This document shows positions 1 to 10,860 of a stretch of 64,000 bases of DNA, one piece after another (position 1 is the stretch's first letter; each line of letters opens with the position of its first letter). Under the pieces are notes generated by a model that saw only the letters and a list, made by a program, of their open reading frames with translations, had not been told where the DNA came from and did not search any database. The position numbers and the translations under genes are program-made. Origin of the DNA: Tubiluchus corallicola (lineage: Eukaryota > Animalia > Priapulida); contig JAQGDQ010001004.1 in the NCBI GenBank assembly GCA_030141605.1, forward strand, positions 1 through 64,000, read 5' to 3'.

Positions 1-1957
1 GTGTCATAGGCGGAGTATTGGGTTTGTTAGAATGGGTACCGCGGGGTGGTTTAGCCTTGGTAGAAGTTGGTTTGGTGTTTATAAGACGGGGGCAACATGC
101 TGTCTTAATTTTCGTACGACAAGTCACATAAATTATAATAAAGATTATAATAAGTGCTATAAATAAGTATGTTGTCAATGATGCACCCTTATGATTGGAA
201 AAGTCAACCGGTTTGGTTTTGAATAATTCATCAGTGTGGTCCAAAAACTTCTGTCGTTTTAATAAGAGATTTTGACTACCTTTAAGAGAAAAGTCAAGTG
301 GTTCATCCTCTGTCATTCGTGACGGCAGAGCTTGCAGTGTTTGAAGTGTTCCTATCGTAAAATTACTTCCTAATAAATCAACGTTCCAAGTACTTAAATT
401 AAGTGCCGTATCTAAGATTGTTTGGATGTCCGTTTGAGTTAAAGTAAGGTCTGAATGATTCTTAAAATATATTGGTAAATTTGCATATTTAGAAGATAGG
501 CCACACCCTGATTCTAACTGCAGGATCATCGGGTTCTTGATGGTGAGGGGGGTGCCAATCTTATGAGCCTGGCGGGGTACGTAACAAGATTTTATGGCTT
601 GAATTTCAAAACTCGGGCTAATATAATAAGTATTCTCAGTTAGAGGTATAATAACTGGTCCAAGTTTATTAATAATTCTTGCTCGTTGATCACAAAATAA
701 ATCTATTTTAATAGTGTCCTTGAAAAACAATGCCGCTGTACATGATTCTATTCTATCTGCAGGAAAAATTGGCGTTGGTGCTAACTTACAGATACGTTTT
801 GGGCTTTGAATACAAGCAAAGGCTTCATCTTTGGCTGGGAAAAAATATAGTGACTGCTCAATATTCGTAGCAATATACTGATGATCAATTTGGTTATATA
901 GATAAACAGGTTTATTAATATTGGTTGATGTCCGACGGACTGGGATCGATATTGCTTCAAAAATTTGATAGATGTGATTGACATGATATAAATCTAATGT
1001 TGTTAGGATAGCAAACCCTCCGGGAATTTGAATAGGTAATGCCGACATTGTTTCGTAATAATAGAATAATTGATTATTTATATCGGCTGGAAATATTAGG
1101 CTCTGTGGTAGCTGGTCCTCAATTTGTTTAAGAGACTTTTGAAGGTGTATAGGGGTTATTAAAGTTGGGGGTAATTTATTAAGAATTAGTTGATGTAAAC
1201 CTTGGGATAACGAATTCAATTCTTGATCAATGATTTCTAAGCTATAGATAAAGTGATCAAACAGCAAATTTGTTTGCAAGAATGTAAACAATTTATGTTG
1301 AGTTTTAGTCAAGTCATCAGTAAACTGTTTTGACAGTTTGTTAATGTAATGTCGAGTTTGAACTGATGCGTTCACTAAGTCATAAATTAACTCTGTATTT
1401 CTAGCAGAGCGAATTAGCGAGCTATTGATAAGGGCTAGGTTATTTTCTAAAATATCTTGCGTGTTTTGTTGCGTATTAAAGATACTCGTAATCTGATCTT
1501 GAAGATTTCGAAGATCTTCTTCACTCGCGGTTCCGATTAAAAATTTGAATGCCTTTCCTAGATTCGGAAAAATGCTTCGTTTGACGACGTGAGATTCATG
1601 GGCAGACGAGGCTATTAAATTCTTAATGGAATTTAAACGAAATTGTTGATTTCTGATTCTATTTTTAATAGCAGTTTTAAAGGCTTTAATCACTGTGACA
1701 GGTTTTTTAATTAATCTTAATTGTTGAATTTCGGAAAGCGTTCTAGTGAGAAATTCTTGAATGTGGTCCAACTGTATCGGCGCAATAAGTAGCCATCTTG
1801 CATTAGAAACTGGAGTATTTAATTTCTGTTTAAATATAACCCCTGGGCCTGTTTTAAAGGGAGCTGGATTTGGGAATGATTGTAAGGAATTAGAATGTAC
1901 AGATTTAAGAATATTGCCAATATTAGGATTTTGTATAAAAGGTTTGTAGTACTGGTC
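1..1957 (-). CDS. env: Envelope fusion glycoprotein, baculovirus-F/errantivirus Env-like (class I); 3'-partial
   Basis: Manual translation is stop-free from 1996 to the window edge. It contains GVIFKQKLNTPVSNARWLLIAPIQL, the dibasic site and fusion peptide HVVKR|SIFPNLGKAFKFLIGTASEED (KR at 1582-1577), heptad-like helices, GLHQLILNKLPPTLITPIHL, a Cys-spaced region (ACIQSPKRICK...SCTAALF...LFCD...KSC...SGC), TM LTTYLFIALIIIFIIIYVT (~178-122) and a Cys/basic/Pro tail. Acceptor TTTTTTTTCCAG| precedes 1957. Confidence 0.9.
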
Positions 1958-2059
1958 CTGGAAAAAAAATTCAAAAGGAATATTATTCAGGTTGTCCTAT
2001 ACAGATCATTTCTATGACTCTAAATTAGTAAGGTTAGAATAAATTTAAGATAAACTTAC

Positions 2060-2079
2060 GTATTTCCTGAAAGTTCCAT
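2060..2079 (-). CDS. env: Putative 20-nt initiating mini-exon of env (ATG GAA CTT TCA GGA AAT AC|gtaagt)
   Basis: ATG at 2079, GTAAGT donor at 2059, 102-nt intron to the acceptor at 1958. The join reads MELSGNTTSTTNLLYKILILAIFLNLYILIPYNHSQIQLP, which resembles a signal peptide. Confidence 0.6.
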
Positions 2080-2273
2080 ACTCTTTTTTTTTTCACAAAA
2101 ATTCAAATTATGAGATGGTGAGATTAACATGTATTCACAGCAAAAATTATTAAGATTAATGTGTATTCAAGGCAAAATTATCTTAACGTCTATTCAGAGT
2201 CCCTTACTATAAGAAAAATCTGGATGAATGGATTTAGTAGGTAACGGACAGTTATTTTAAAGGTGTATCCCTG

Positions 2274-2383
2274 GCGCATGTGCGCATGCGTAAATAAGTG
2301 TGGCTCAATTAACAATCTCGACTTATTTGGTGAGTCTTGAAATCCGATCAGCGTTGATCAAAGGGGGGCGAGTGAAGCACGTG
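2274..2383. promoter_or_regulatory. Candidate internal bidirectional promoter between env and the antisense gene
   Basis: Tandem NRF1-like GCGCATGTGCGCATGCG (2274-2290), G-run/GC box (2363-2370) and E-box CACGTG (2378-2383), between divergent ATGs at 2079(-) and 2781(+). Confidence 0.3.
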
Positions 2384-2780
2384 TCCACTTGCAATAATTT
2401 TGGCCTGGACAGCTAATAGTAAAAACAATTCATCTTTCTTCTTAAAGCCAGTTAATGTCCGTGGGAAAAGATTTTGCAGTCCCCTTTCTCAGGATAAGTT
2501 GTAGATCAGAATGGTCGTTAAGCTTCGGTTTTGCGTCTAGGGTTTTCACTATTAGTACTTTTATCGCTTAGTAATGAGCATTGGGGCCCAAACGGAGTCA
2601 AATTCTATACGCAGTATACGAAAGTTCCCAGGCCTCTCACATAAAAGAGACTTGCAGTTGTTGGTCAGTCCCTCTTCGTAATTTCTGTTCGTGTGGTCAA
2701 GGCGTCTTAATCAGTTGTGCAAAGTATTCAGTTTTTTTTCTAGTTTCACCAGTTTTACTAGTTTCAAAATAATAATAAAA

Positions 2781-3335
2781 ATGGAATGTGAAGTACCGAG
2801 AGATGCCTACTTATTGGCAGTAGAGCTCGAAATTACGAGCGGGAACTTTTACGATGTTTTGGATGAACGGGCACAGTTGCATGACCAACTTAGTCGTGCT
2901 CTAAAAATGACGTACTTGCCTGGCACATGCGAGCTTTTCTGCGGCAAGTCCATCATTGATGGAGTAAGTAATGGTTTTTTTTTTGTTTTGTTTTTTTTTT
3001 TTGAGGTAAGGACTATTATGTTAAAATCACTAGATTGCTAATTCTGCAGTTAAAAGAAAATTTGTCTCGAGGACTTTTAATAAAGATTTATATTCCTTTT
3101 ACAGGAAGAACTAGTGGTGCTAAAACTGAGCAGTATTCATGGGATGCCAGTTATGGCAAATTTACTGACCAAATACGCGCCCGGCCGGGTCCGCTTTATC
3201 AACCGAGAGAATTTTTGTATCTGCACCGCGGCACATAACATAATAACAATATGGGACCTGGCACGGGTGATGAGAGTATATAAACGCAACTGGGAGGAGG
3301 GAACGGAAGAAAGGTGGTTAGCGGTGAAGTGCTAA
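2781..3335 (+). CDS. Two-exon antisense gene inside the retroelement, 137 aa, unknown function (exons 2781-2963 and 3105-3335)
   Basis: aaaaATGg at 2781; phase-0 donor GGA|GTAAGT at 2964; T-rich 141-nt intron; acceptor TTCCTTTTACAG|GAA at 3105. The join fuses two ORF-track frames exactly in frame (MECEVPRDAY...SIIDG+EELVVLKLSS...RWLAVKC*). Exons are GC-richer than the intron. Confidence 0.7.
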
Positions 3336-5178
3336 GAAAAGTGGAAAATTAAAAAAAAATTTAAAAAAAATCCTAAAATTTGAAAAGAAAAAAAAATATT
3401 TATCCTTTATGTGGACATATCATATATATATAGAAGTGTGACTATGCATTATGGATCAAGGCGGATCGCAAGGAAGGTATGTTTGTATTTAGCATCATAA
3501 GTCATTATACAATAATCGAATATTCGCTGATTAGAGTCTACAAGGAAAATACCTTTTTTTTTCTACTGCATGAAGAATTACTAATTTGGTGATAATACTC
3601 TGCGTTGATGAGTCCGCGCGTTCGGTTTTAACAGACACTTGTCTAGACTATATATAATCTTTTATCATTGTCTAGTGATGCGCGTAATTTGCCGTAATTA
3701 ACTAGGGGTGAGTTGAATTATAGCTAAACGTGAGATGGATTATATTTTCTGACAGTTAGTTGGTTTTAACTTTCTCGTAAATGGTCGTTAGAATTTAAAA
3801 TGTATAAGTTATAAATGGTCATTTTTATCCGTTTTGAAATGATTGTAGTAATTAAAACTCTAGACTAAAACGTTTGATCAATACATTTATTCAAGTCGGT
3901 TATCTGAATTAGAAATTCCGAGTTTAATCTAGCTATAATCTTAGTTTAATATGTTGGTTATTCGTTCTAGTACTTCAATGGGGCTTGTTGAATAGAAATT
4001 CTTTTTATAGAGTAATACAGCGTAAATGTTCGTTGCTGTGTTAAGTATTTATTTAATTACACTTAGTGATATACCGTAAGATATCCTCCTAATGTCGATA
4101 AAACAATATCTAAATACTCTTTTTGAAATATTCTTTAAAATCGTTACAGCAATACACAATTATTCTGTCAATCATTAGAACGTTGTGCAAATATTCTTGA
4201 ATCATTTAAGCAATATCCCTCTCTGGAACTTGTGTAGTTGTTAAGTAAATTTATACGCTACATTATCTGAAGGGAAGCGCATTAAATAAAAGTCTCTGAG
4301 TGTCTTTAGGCGTGGTAAGCCCCAGTGTAAGTTTATGTGACGTTTAGAAGCATAACATTGGGCGTCATTCACGGGGGGCCATTTTATGGGCTAAGACTTT
4401 TAGCGCTCATATGGTTCGTTGCCGTGTATGTACCCAGCATGTATCAGTAGGAATGAAACACGATCTTTATATGGCTTCTAGGAGAGAAGTATTCTTAAAG
4501 CTTGGGAATCCTGGGTCGTAAATTACGAAAGTGAAAGTCATGAATGAAACACGACGCCTGCGTGGCTCAGCGCGGTTTCTTAGTGAAACTTCTTAAGAGT
4601 CCGCGTGTCATAAATTAAGAAAATGAAAGTCTGATCGCCTTCTATGTAAAGTCATGAGTGAGGGGGGGGGACGGCTTCATGTTAATGTTCGTAATGTACT
4701 TACCGATATATATTCTTGTGGTGTTAAGTCGTGTCCGGGCTTGAACTGGTACTAAATGTTTTGAACTCATACTAAATGTTTTAATAAAATAGTTGCATGA
4801 ACAGCCTCGATATGCATAAGCATGCCGTATGTGACATTTAAACGTCACACACGGGAAATGCTTTCCCGGGAATCGAAAAATGTTCATACTCTAAACACTT
4901 TCGTTATACATAAAACTTGTACTTACCTTATACATAAAGAAACATGGTTGATGACGTTCTCGTCCTTAAAATGGTACTATTCTATTTTATAACACTAAGG
5001 TATTACCTTATAATATAAAAATGCTTTGATTGTAACAGTAATATTAAACGTTAGAGTATGACCTTATAATACATGGTAACTTTAACTGTAACATTAATAT
5101 TATTTTAGTTATTGTTTGCAAAATTTTCGGCGTAATGTTTTAAAGATGCCTGGTTTTTGCAACTTAATTAAATTAATT

Positions 5179-5193
5179 CTGGCACGCTTACCA
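5179..5193 (-). promoter_or_regulatory. Primer-binding site, tRNA-Arg-like (TGGTAAGCGTGCCAG)
   Basis: TGG-initiated motif 12 nt inside the LTR end; resembles the tRNA-Arg PBS pattern (TGGCGACCGTGACAG) of 412/mdg1-type gypsy elements. Not checked against host tRNAs. Confidence 0.5.
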
Positions 5194-5205
5194 GTAAAAT
5201 TTATA

Positions 5206-5552
5206 TGTTATGTTTATGAGCTGAGTCGTATAGTGGTAGTACTTGTTGGTGGATTATTGAGGAGGCCGCAGCCGTTTATTGACGTGAGGTGGTGACAAAG
5301 CTATAAGACCTGGATTGATGAGCGACTAACACATTTATTTCACAATAATATATTACATGGTAAAGTACATATCATAGCTCTGCCGAACCGCCCAAGATCT
5401 GTTCCTGCTTCCTCGAGATTCCCCCGTGATCTGATCTCCCATTCCACTTGGCTTCCTTCAGCTTTTTGGACTCACAGCGCATGCGTTATAATTGTTGCTA
5501 GTCTGACAATTCAGACGGGCAATGTCCATATATGGAACTCAGTCACATGACA
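5206..5552 (-). repeat. 5' LTR (347 bp)
   Basis: Termini TGTCATGT...ACATAACA (7/8 inverted match), two minus-strand AATAAA (5275-5280, 5334-5339), followed by the PBS-like motif. The second LTR is not in the window. Confidence 0.65.
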
Positions 5553-5879
5553 GCCGCACCTAAAATCATGGCTTCATTTCTACATATCTCTCATATCCCC
5601 TTCATAGAGTCGTTTCATTTCTGAACTGCTAATACTAATCATACAATTATCATCTTCTCTTTACTTTCGTGCACGAGGCGCCATCTGTGGCGGGAATGTA
5701 AAGCCTTTGGTTTTGGTCAGTTTCTCAGTTTGTTACCTGCTAGTCACCTGTCTGTTTTGCTCACCTGTGCTCTGAAAAGTCAGATTAATCGACTTTATGG
5801 GATATTTGGGACATTTATGTACTGATTATGTTACAATAAAGCATTCAGTGGTATTAACCTCTGTTGACAGTGTTTATGT

Positions 5880-7450
5880 GACCACAGCTCTTTTTTGTTT
5901 CTTGCTACTCCTTCCTAGACTGTGGCGCCCATATAAAAAAATATCGCTCTCTGGCAACTCCCAAATTAAAATATATCACGAAATCTTTCGCTAGTTCTTT
6001 ACCGTTGTTTTTCTTTATAAATAGGAGGTATGTTTCAACTTTTCTTTACATCTGTGTGCAGATAAAGGATTAATTTTTCTATTGCACTCCTGCATTTAGC
6101 AATAATTCTAATTTGGGCGATGTATCAGGGCCTTAAAAGCACCTGAACTGTAGTCACCTAAACTACTAAACAACATTACTGTGGCATGATAGATCACACT
6201 AATACAAGACCCATTTATACAAAATAATGTAAGTGATTTAAAATGATTGCTCATAAGACAAACACTTACCATAAAACATATGCAGGACAGTTATAAAGAT
6301 AGAATTAGCTTGCTGATAGCTGCCGCTATTCCATTTTTAAATCACCAAGCAGCCACAGTCTATTTATTAGACAAAATAGAAAACTAGGGCGTGGTCACTT
6401 CTGTGGTTAAGTGCAAAGAATAAATTGTTTCATACAGTAACCAAATTTTCACTTTTCCAACAAAATCACACATTTTGCACTCAAAATCAGTATTACACAG
6501 TAGGAGCACTGCTCACGCTTATAGCAAGACTGCAGAGCAAATGATTTGCTTGAGTTGTCTCATCTTCACGCACTTGAAAGTTACGCCTATAAACTGACGT
6601 GTTGGAGTTGATCACCATGACAGCTTTTTAACTCCGCCTCAAATTCTTGAGCACTAGAAATATGGCGCCAATAATGTTTGTTTGAACATTTTTAATAGAC
6701 GCAATGTTCCTTCACTTTTTAAGGGCAATCTTGCACAAGTCGACCATCTTACTACCAAATCTTTTCTTTCTTTTTAAGAATTTACAGAAACATAAATAAA
6801 CTTCAATAAATTGTTATAGCAGGATAATATGACCTGCTTAATCTTTGTTACAGTTATGGTCAAAATAAAAGACCTGCATTGTGTGCTGAGCTTAGAGCAT
6901 GTCAACTGAACTTGTGTCTTACGCCATAGAATTTGGTAAAATTTGAAAGATGTAGAACTTCTATAAACTTGCTCACACATTCCATTTATGATTCGAACTG
7001 TAAAATACTTCGTATGTCTTTGTAAACTGTTTCGATTGAAATTGTAATACAACCAGCAGGCAATTTAGTAAAAACTAGAATGGACTTGTATGTTGTGAAA
7101 AGCTGTTCAGGTTTCTTCATTACACTCACATTTATGTGACTCTGGTATGTTCTTATGAAAATAAATGGACTTGAATTGGATTAAAATTGTCAATGATTTA
7201 AATCAGAGTTCCTTTTTTACGTTACCAAAAGCTTTTCAAAGTTGCACATTACAACCCAGTCATAAAATAATTCTAGCAAAATCGCTATGACCCGGATTAT
7301 AATAATCAGCAATTTTAATCAGAATTGAATTTTTAATTATAAAAATCGTCCGATGACAGACCATTTCGTGGCATATTGATAAAAGAGCAACAGCAGATTT
7401 TCGTAAACAAACACGTTTTTCACCCAAATTTGCATTCTGCTAAAATGCAT
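5880..7450 (+). repeat. Duplicated block A, copy 1 (copy 2 at ~19030-20560)
   Basis: Long colinear matches, e.g. ataggaggtatgtttcaacttt, cacttctgtggttaagtgcaaagaataaattgtttcatacag, ctctggtatgttcttatgaaaataaatgg; reciprocal indels. Confidence 0.9.
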
Positions 7451-8039
7451 CTATGACGTCTAACATACGGCATGAAATATAAAAATTGGACAATAATTAG
7501 TTAGTTGTAAAATTACAAACGTCTAAAACGTTTATTTTGCGACCTAACCCGTTACAAGGATTCCTCATTCGCAAAAGACCAAAAGTAGCAACGCTGTTGA
7601 ATTACCTTCCGTAGACGCCATTAATTTATACGTAGACGCCATTTTCTTTTATACCGACGGCCGAATTACAGATTTCTTAAATTTTTAAACCCGGTATCTG
7701 TTGCATACTTTTACGTAATATGGAGCGCGGTTGGTACGGTGACAAATATTACCCACCGCCATGACACTCAAAACTGTGACGTCATTTCTTAGCCGTAGTA
7801 CAGTAAACAACCAGCGACCCCAGAAAGCAGATCACTGTGAACAGAGCGGTTATTGCTGAGTAATGACATATCTATTCATAAAGATGTTTATTTCAATATT
7901 CTTCATCTATTTATATGAAATAAACTTATAAGAATCAGTCTTCAATTTACGAACCTGCAAGGAACGTGAACTTTATAGTAAGAAACACTGTACAATTATT
8001 TCAAAATTGCAGACGTCTTGAGACGCGCTCTCTGCACAC

Positions 8040-8780
8040 AAGCGAACAGCTTATTTATAATCCTTTTGAATTGGCAAGTTACTCAATGCACACAAAGGAA
8101 GATTTTAGCCTTCAACAATCCTGTCTGGAATTTAATTATAATTGAAATCTTGTGAAGTGTTGAGCTGAGATGCAGTTTATGCCGTCACGCGATGTGCACA
8201 AAGGAAGATTTTAATCTGTAATACAAATATGTCTGCGATAAGACAAAAGCTCAATAATCCTTATTTTAAAATTGACTTCTCAAATTTCACAACAATTTTG
8301 GCAGCATGAGATATTGTGGGTAATGACCAACTTTGAAACTGCAATGATAAACCGTTTATGCAGACATACAGACTCAAAACCTATGAGTTACGGTTTCTCA
8401 AATGTTTTGGCACTGCTAATGTCTCATTGATCATTGTTACTACTGCTTTTACAAACAAAACATATGTCTGCATAAAGACTACAGAAGTCTACACAGCTAT
8501 AGTACTATTAAATAATTTTTTATGTAAATAAATCTCGGTTAGGTTCACGCCAAGTGGAAAAATCTGGATTCCTTGCGATTCGTGAGACATGGGTTCGATT
8601 CTCGTTTGGGCAGTTTTACTTGCGATGCTGGTTGTTTGTACGGTATAGAGAGAATATTTCACACATGAACAAGGCCGAGACACCTCTGGTTGTTCAGTGG
8701 CTCATCTTCAGGGGTTGCCCTTGATAGTGAGCCAGATTCAGCTCAGGCCACATCACAAACATCTCCATTTTTTGATACCA
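8040..8780 (+). repeat. Duplicated block B, copy 1 (copy 2 at ~23500-24340)
   Basis: Shared strings such as ttgagctgagatgc.gtttatgcc and gttcagtggctcatcttca...ccacatcacaaacat...tttttgatacca. Confidence 0.85.
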
Positions 8781-8879
8781 TCAGTTCAATACATAACTAT
8801 GTTTACAGTGTGTCATAATTTCAAGAACAAGTTATTGTTAAGTTGCGTACAATAAAGTTTAAAACTCTGAGCTGATGAA

Positions 8880-10860
8880 AAAAGAAATATCTGACTGTGT
8901 AAACGTTAACTTTCCTTCAAAATTATTCAACACAAAGAACGTTCAAATCCAAGATGCTGCAATGTTTATTTTAGAACAAGTTTTGTTCTTTTGTGCTCGG
9001 GATGTGAAAAATGTCTGAAATTTTCCCATTATCTTGTGTCAATACATTAGCCTGGGAGTTTAGAAAAGGACGCAGCAAACGAGTTAAAAGAAGAAAGTGT
9101 TTACACACTTGAATTTCAAAAGGCTGCCTTCCACACCTGGTAAAGAGTTAAGAAATTACAACAGAGTAATTACGGACAGGATTACCGATAGGCTGCTGCA
9201 ATCCAGTAAAATTATCAAAAGCTTTTGTACAAAGGAGTGTGATTCAGTACCACTCCTCATGCTCAACAGCACCATGCAAAGAGAAGTGATTTTCGCTCTT
9301 TCTTGGAAACTTTTGCTGAAAATCATGATGGTTCGATACCCTTATTATTGAACTGCTCATTAAACCTGCCCATATTTTCATTACAAGTAGTTAAGACAAG
9401 CTTTCTATTCTGATGTAACAGACATCAACAGCCATGTCATTAACATTATTAACTTGAACGACGGTAGAAATTTTCAAATTCAGGTTGAATATTGACTTTA
9501 AACGTGTCTAAATGGCTTTTTCTCTGCTTTTAACAAAATTTTCTCACATCGTAAAATTCATGTGTAAATCAAACAAACCTAAAAACACCAAGGAAGAGAC
9601 GAGAAGAAATATCTGACAGTGTAAACTTAGATTCATCAAAGCATTTTACTTTGAACAACTTGAGAGATTTGACAAATACTTAATATTCTTCAAAGGCTTT
9701 CCTACAAAGAGCTTTTCAATCCAAGATGCTGCAATATTTACCTTAGATGGCGCCTGGGAAAGAGTTAAGCAAATAAAGCAGAGTCATTACACACGTCTTG
9801 AACTTCAAGGCTGCATTCCACACCTGTGAAAGAGTTAAGCAAATAAAGCAGAGTGTTTACACACTTGAATTTCAAAGGCTGCATTCCACACCTGTGAAAG
9901 ATTTAACAAAGAAAGCAGAGCAAATACAGACAAGACTAATAATAGTCTATGTACAACATTCCGCTAAAATTGGCGAAATCTTTTCTACAAAGAAGTGTGA
10001 AGCAATAGCCATTTCTCATTATTGCCTAAATACGTATTGCGCATGTCTTAGTATCACTTTCTGCACAGGAGAAACTTTAAGCTCCAAAATACCTACATTC
10101 TTTTAAATTCTTCGTAATTAATTCACGATAACTAATCGAGCAAGACAAAACACGAAGGTTTGGGAGACGAACGCCGCTTTTATTGTGAAGCAGCAGCAGG
10201 TTCAAATGGAAAGCATGAATGAGATTAATTAAGAGATTAATCCATCACAGCAGTATCTCAATGCAGTTAAAAAATTTTGGAGTAGCTGATTTAATCATTG
10301 CTTGCAGAGTGATGCAAACTGATGCAGTGTGTTGTTTACTTATCTAAATGTTTTCATTATTCACAAAATCAATAATGTCCAGGAAACTCTGCAAAAATTT
10401 GAGCAAATAAGCCACATGGATACATTCTTATGAGGATTAAACCTCGCGTGAAATGAGTTTTGAACATGTGATTTATAGACACTGATTCGCGATCAAGAAG
10501 TTTGCAAAAATATTTTTCAAAATCACGCCCAATAAAAGCACTTTCAAATTTAATGTGTCTATATTTGATTTAAACGTGGATGAACACTTTACTTCTTAGT
10601 GTTAAACTGTGAAAAAGTAATTTATCAGATATCAGAATTCTTAAGTAAACTAGTCACACCCTGTTTACTGTTTAAATACTGGAAAGAATGAGCTGAAAGA
10701 CAGAATATTATCAATAGTCTGCAGAAGATTTTTTGTTTGGTTAAGCTGTCACCCTGGAACTCCTGGTGAAAGAGTTAAGAAGAGACGCTTAGCAAATATA
10801 GACAGGAATATCAATAGTCTGCAGAAGTTTTTTGTTTAGCTAACCTCGGGATCCCCAGTG
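8880..10860 (+). repeat. Degenerate internally repeated modules (possibly decayed coding sequence)
   Basis: aagaaata(t/c)ctgac(t/a)gtgtaaac recurs at ~8882, ~9604 and ~14958; ~70-bp tandem at ~9759-9900 with a relative at ~9090; atcaatagtctgcagaag twice in 10710-10830. Confidence 0.6.

Larger units (their letters stand above)
1..5552 (-). mobile_element. Env-bearing LTR retroelement (Ty3/gypsy errantivirus-like), 5' part only; 3' end lies before the window
   Basis: In minus-strand order: LTR-like segment with TG..CA ends (5552-5206), PBS-like TGG motif (5193-5179), ~3 kb without a long minus-strand ORF, then an F-type env frame running off position 1. Confidence 0.75.

Noticed and set aside
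781-1949. ORF-track calls 781-984(-) and 1761-1949(+)
   Set aside because: Alternative-frame shadows of the long env frame.
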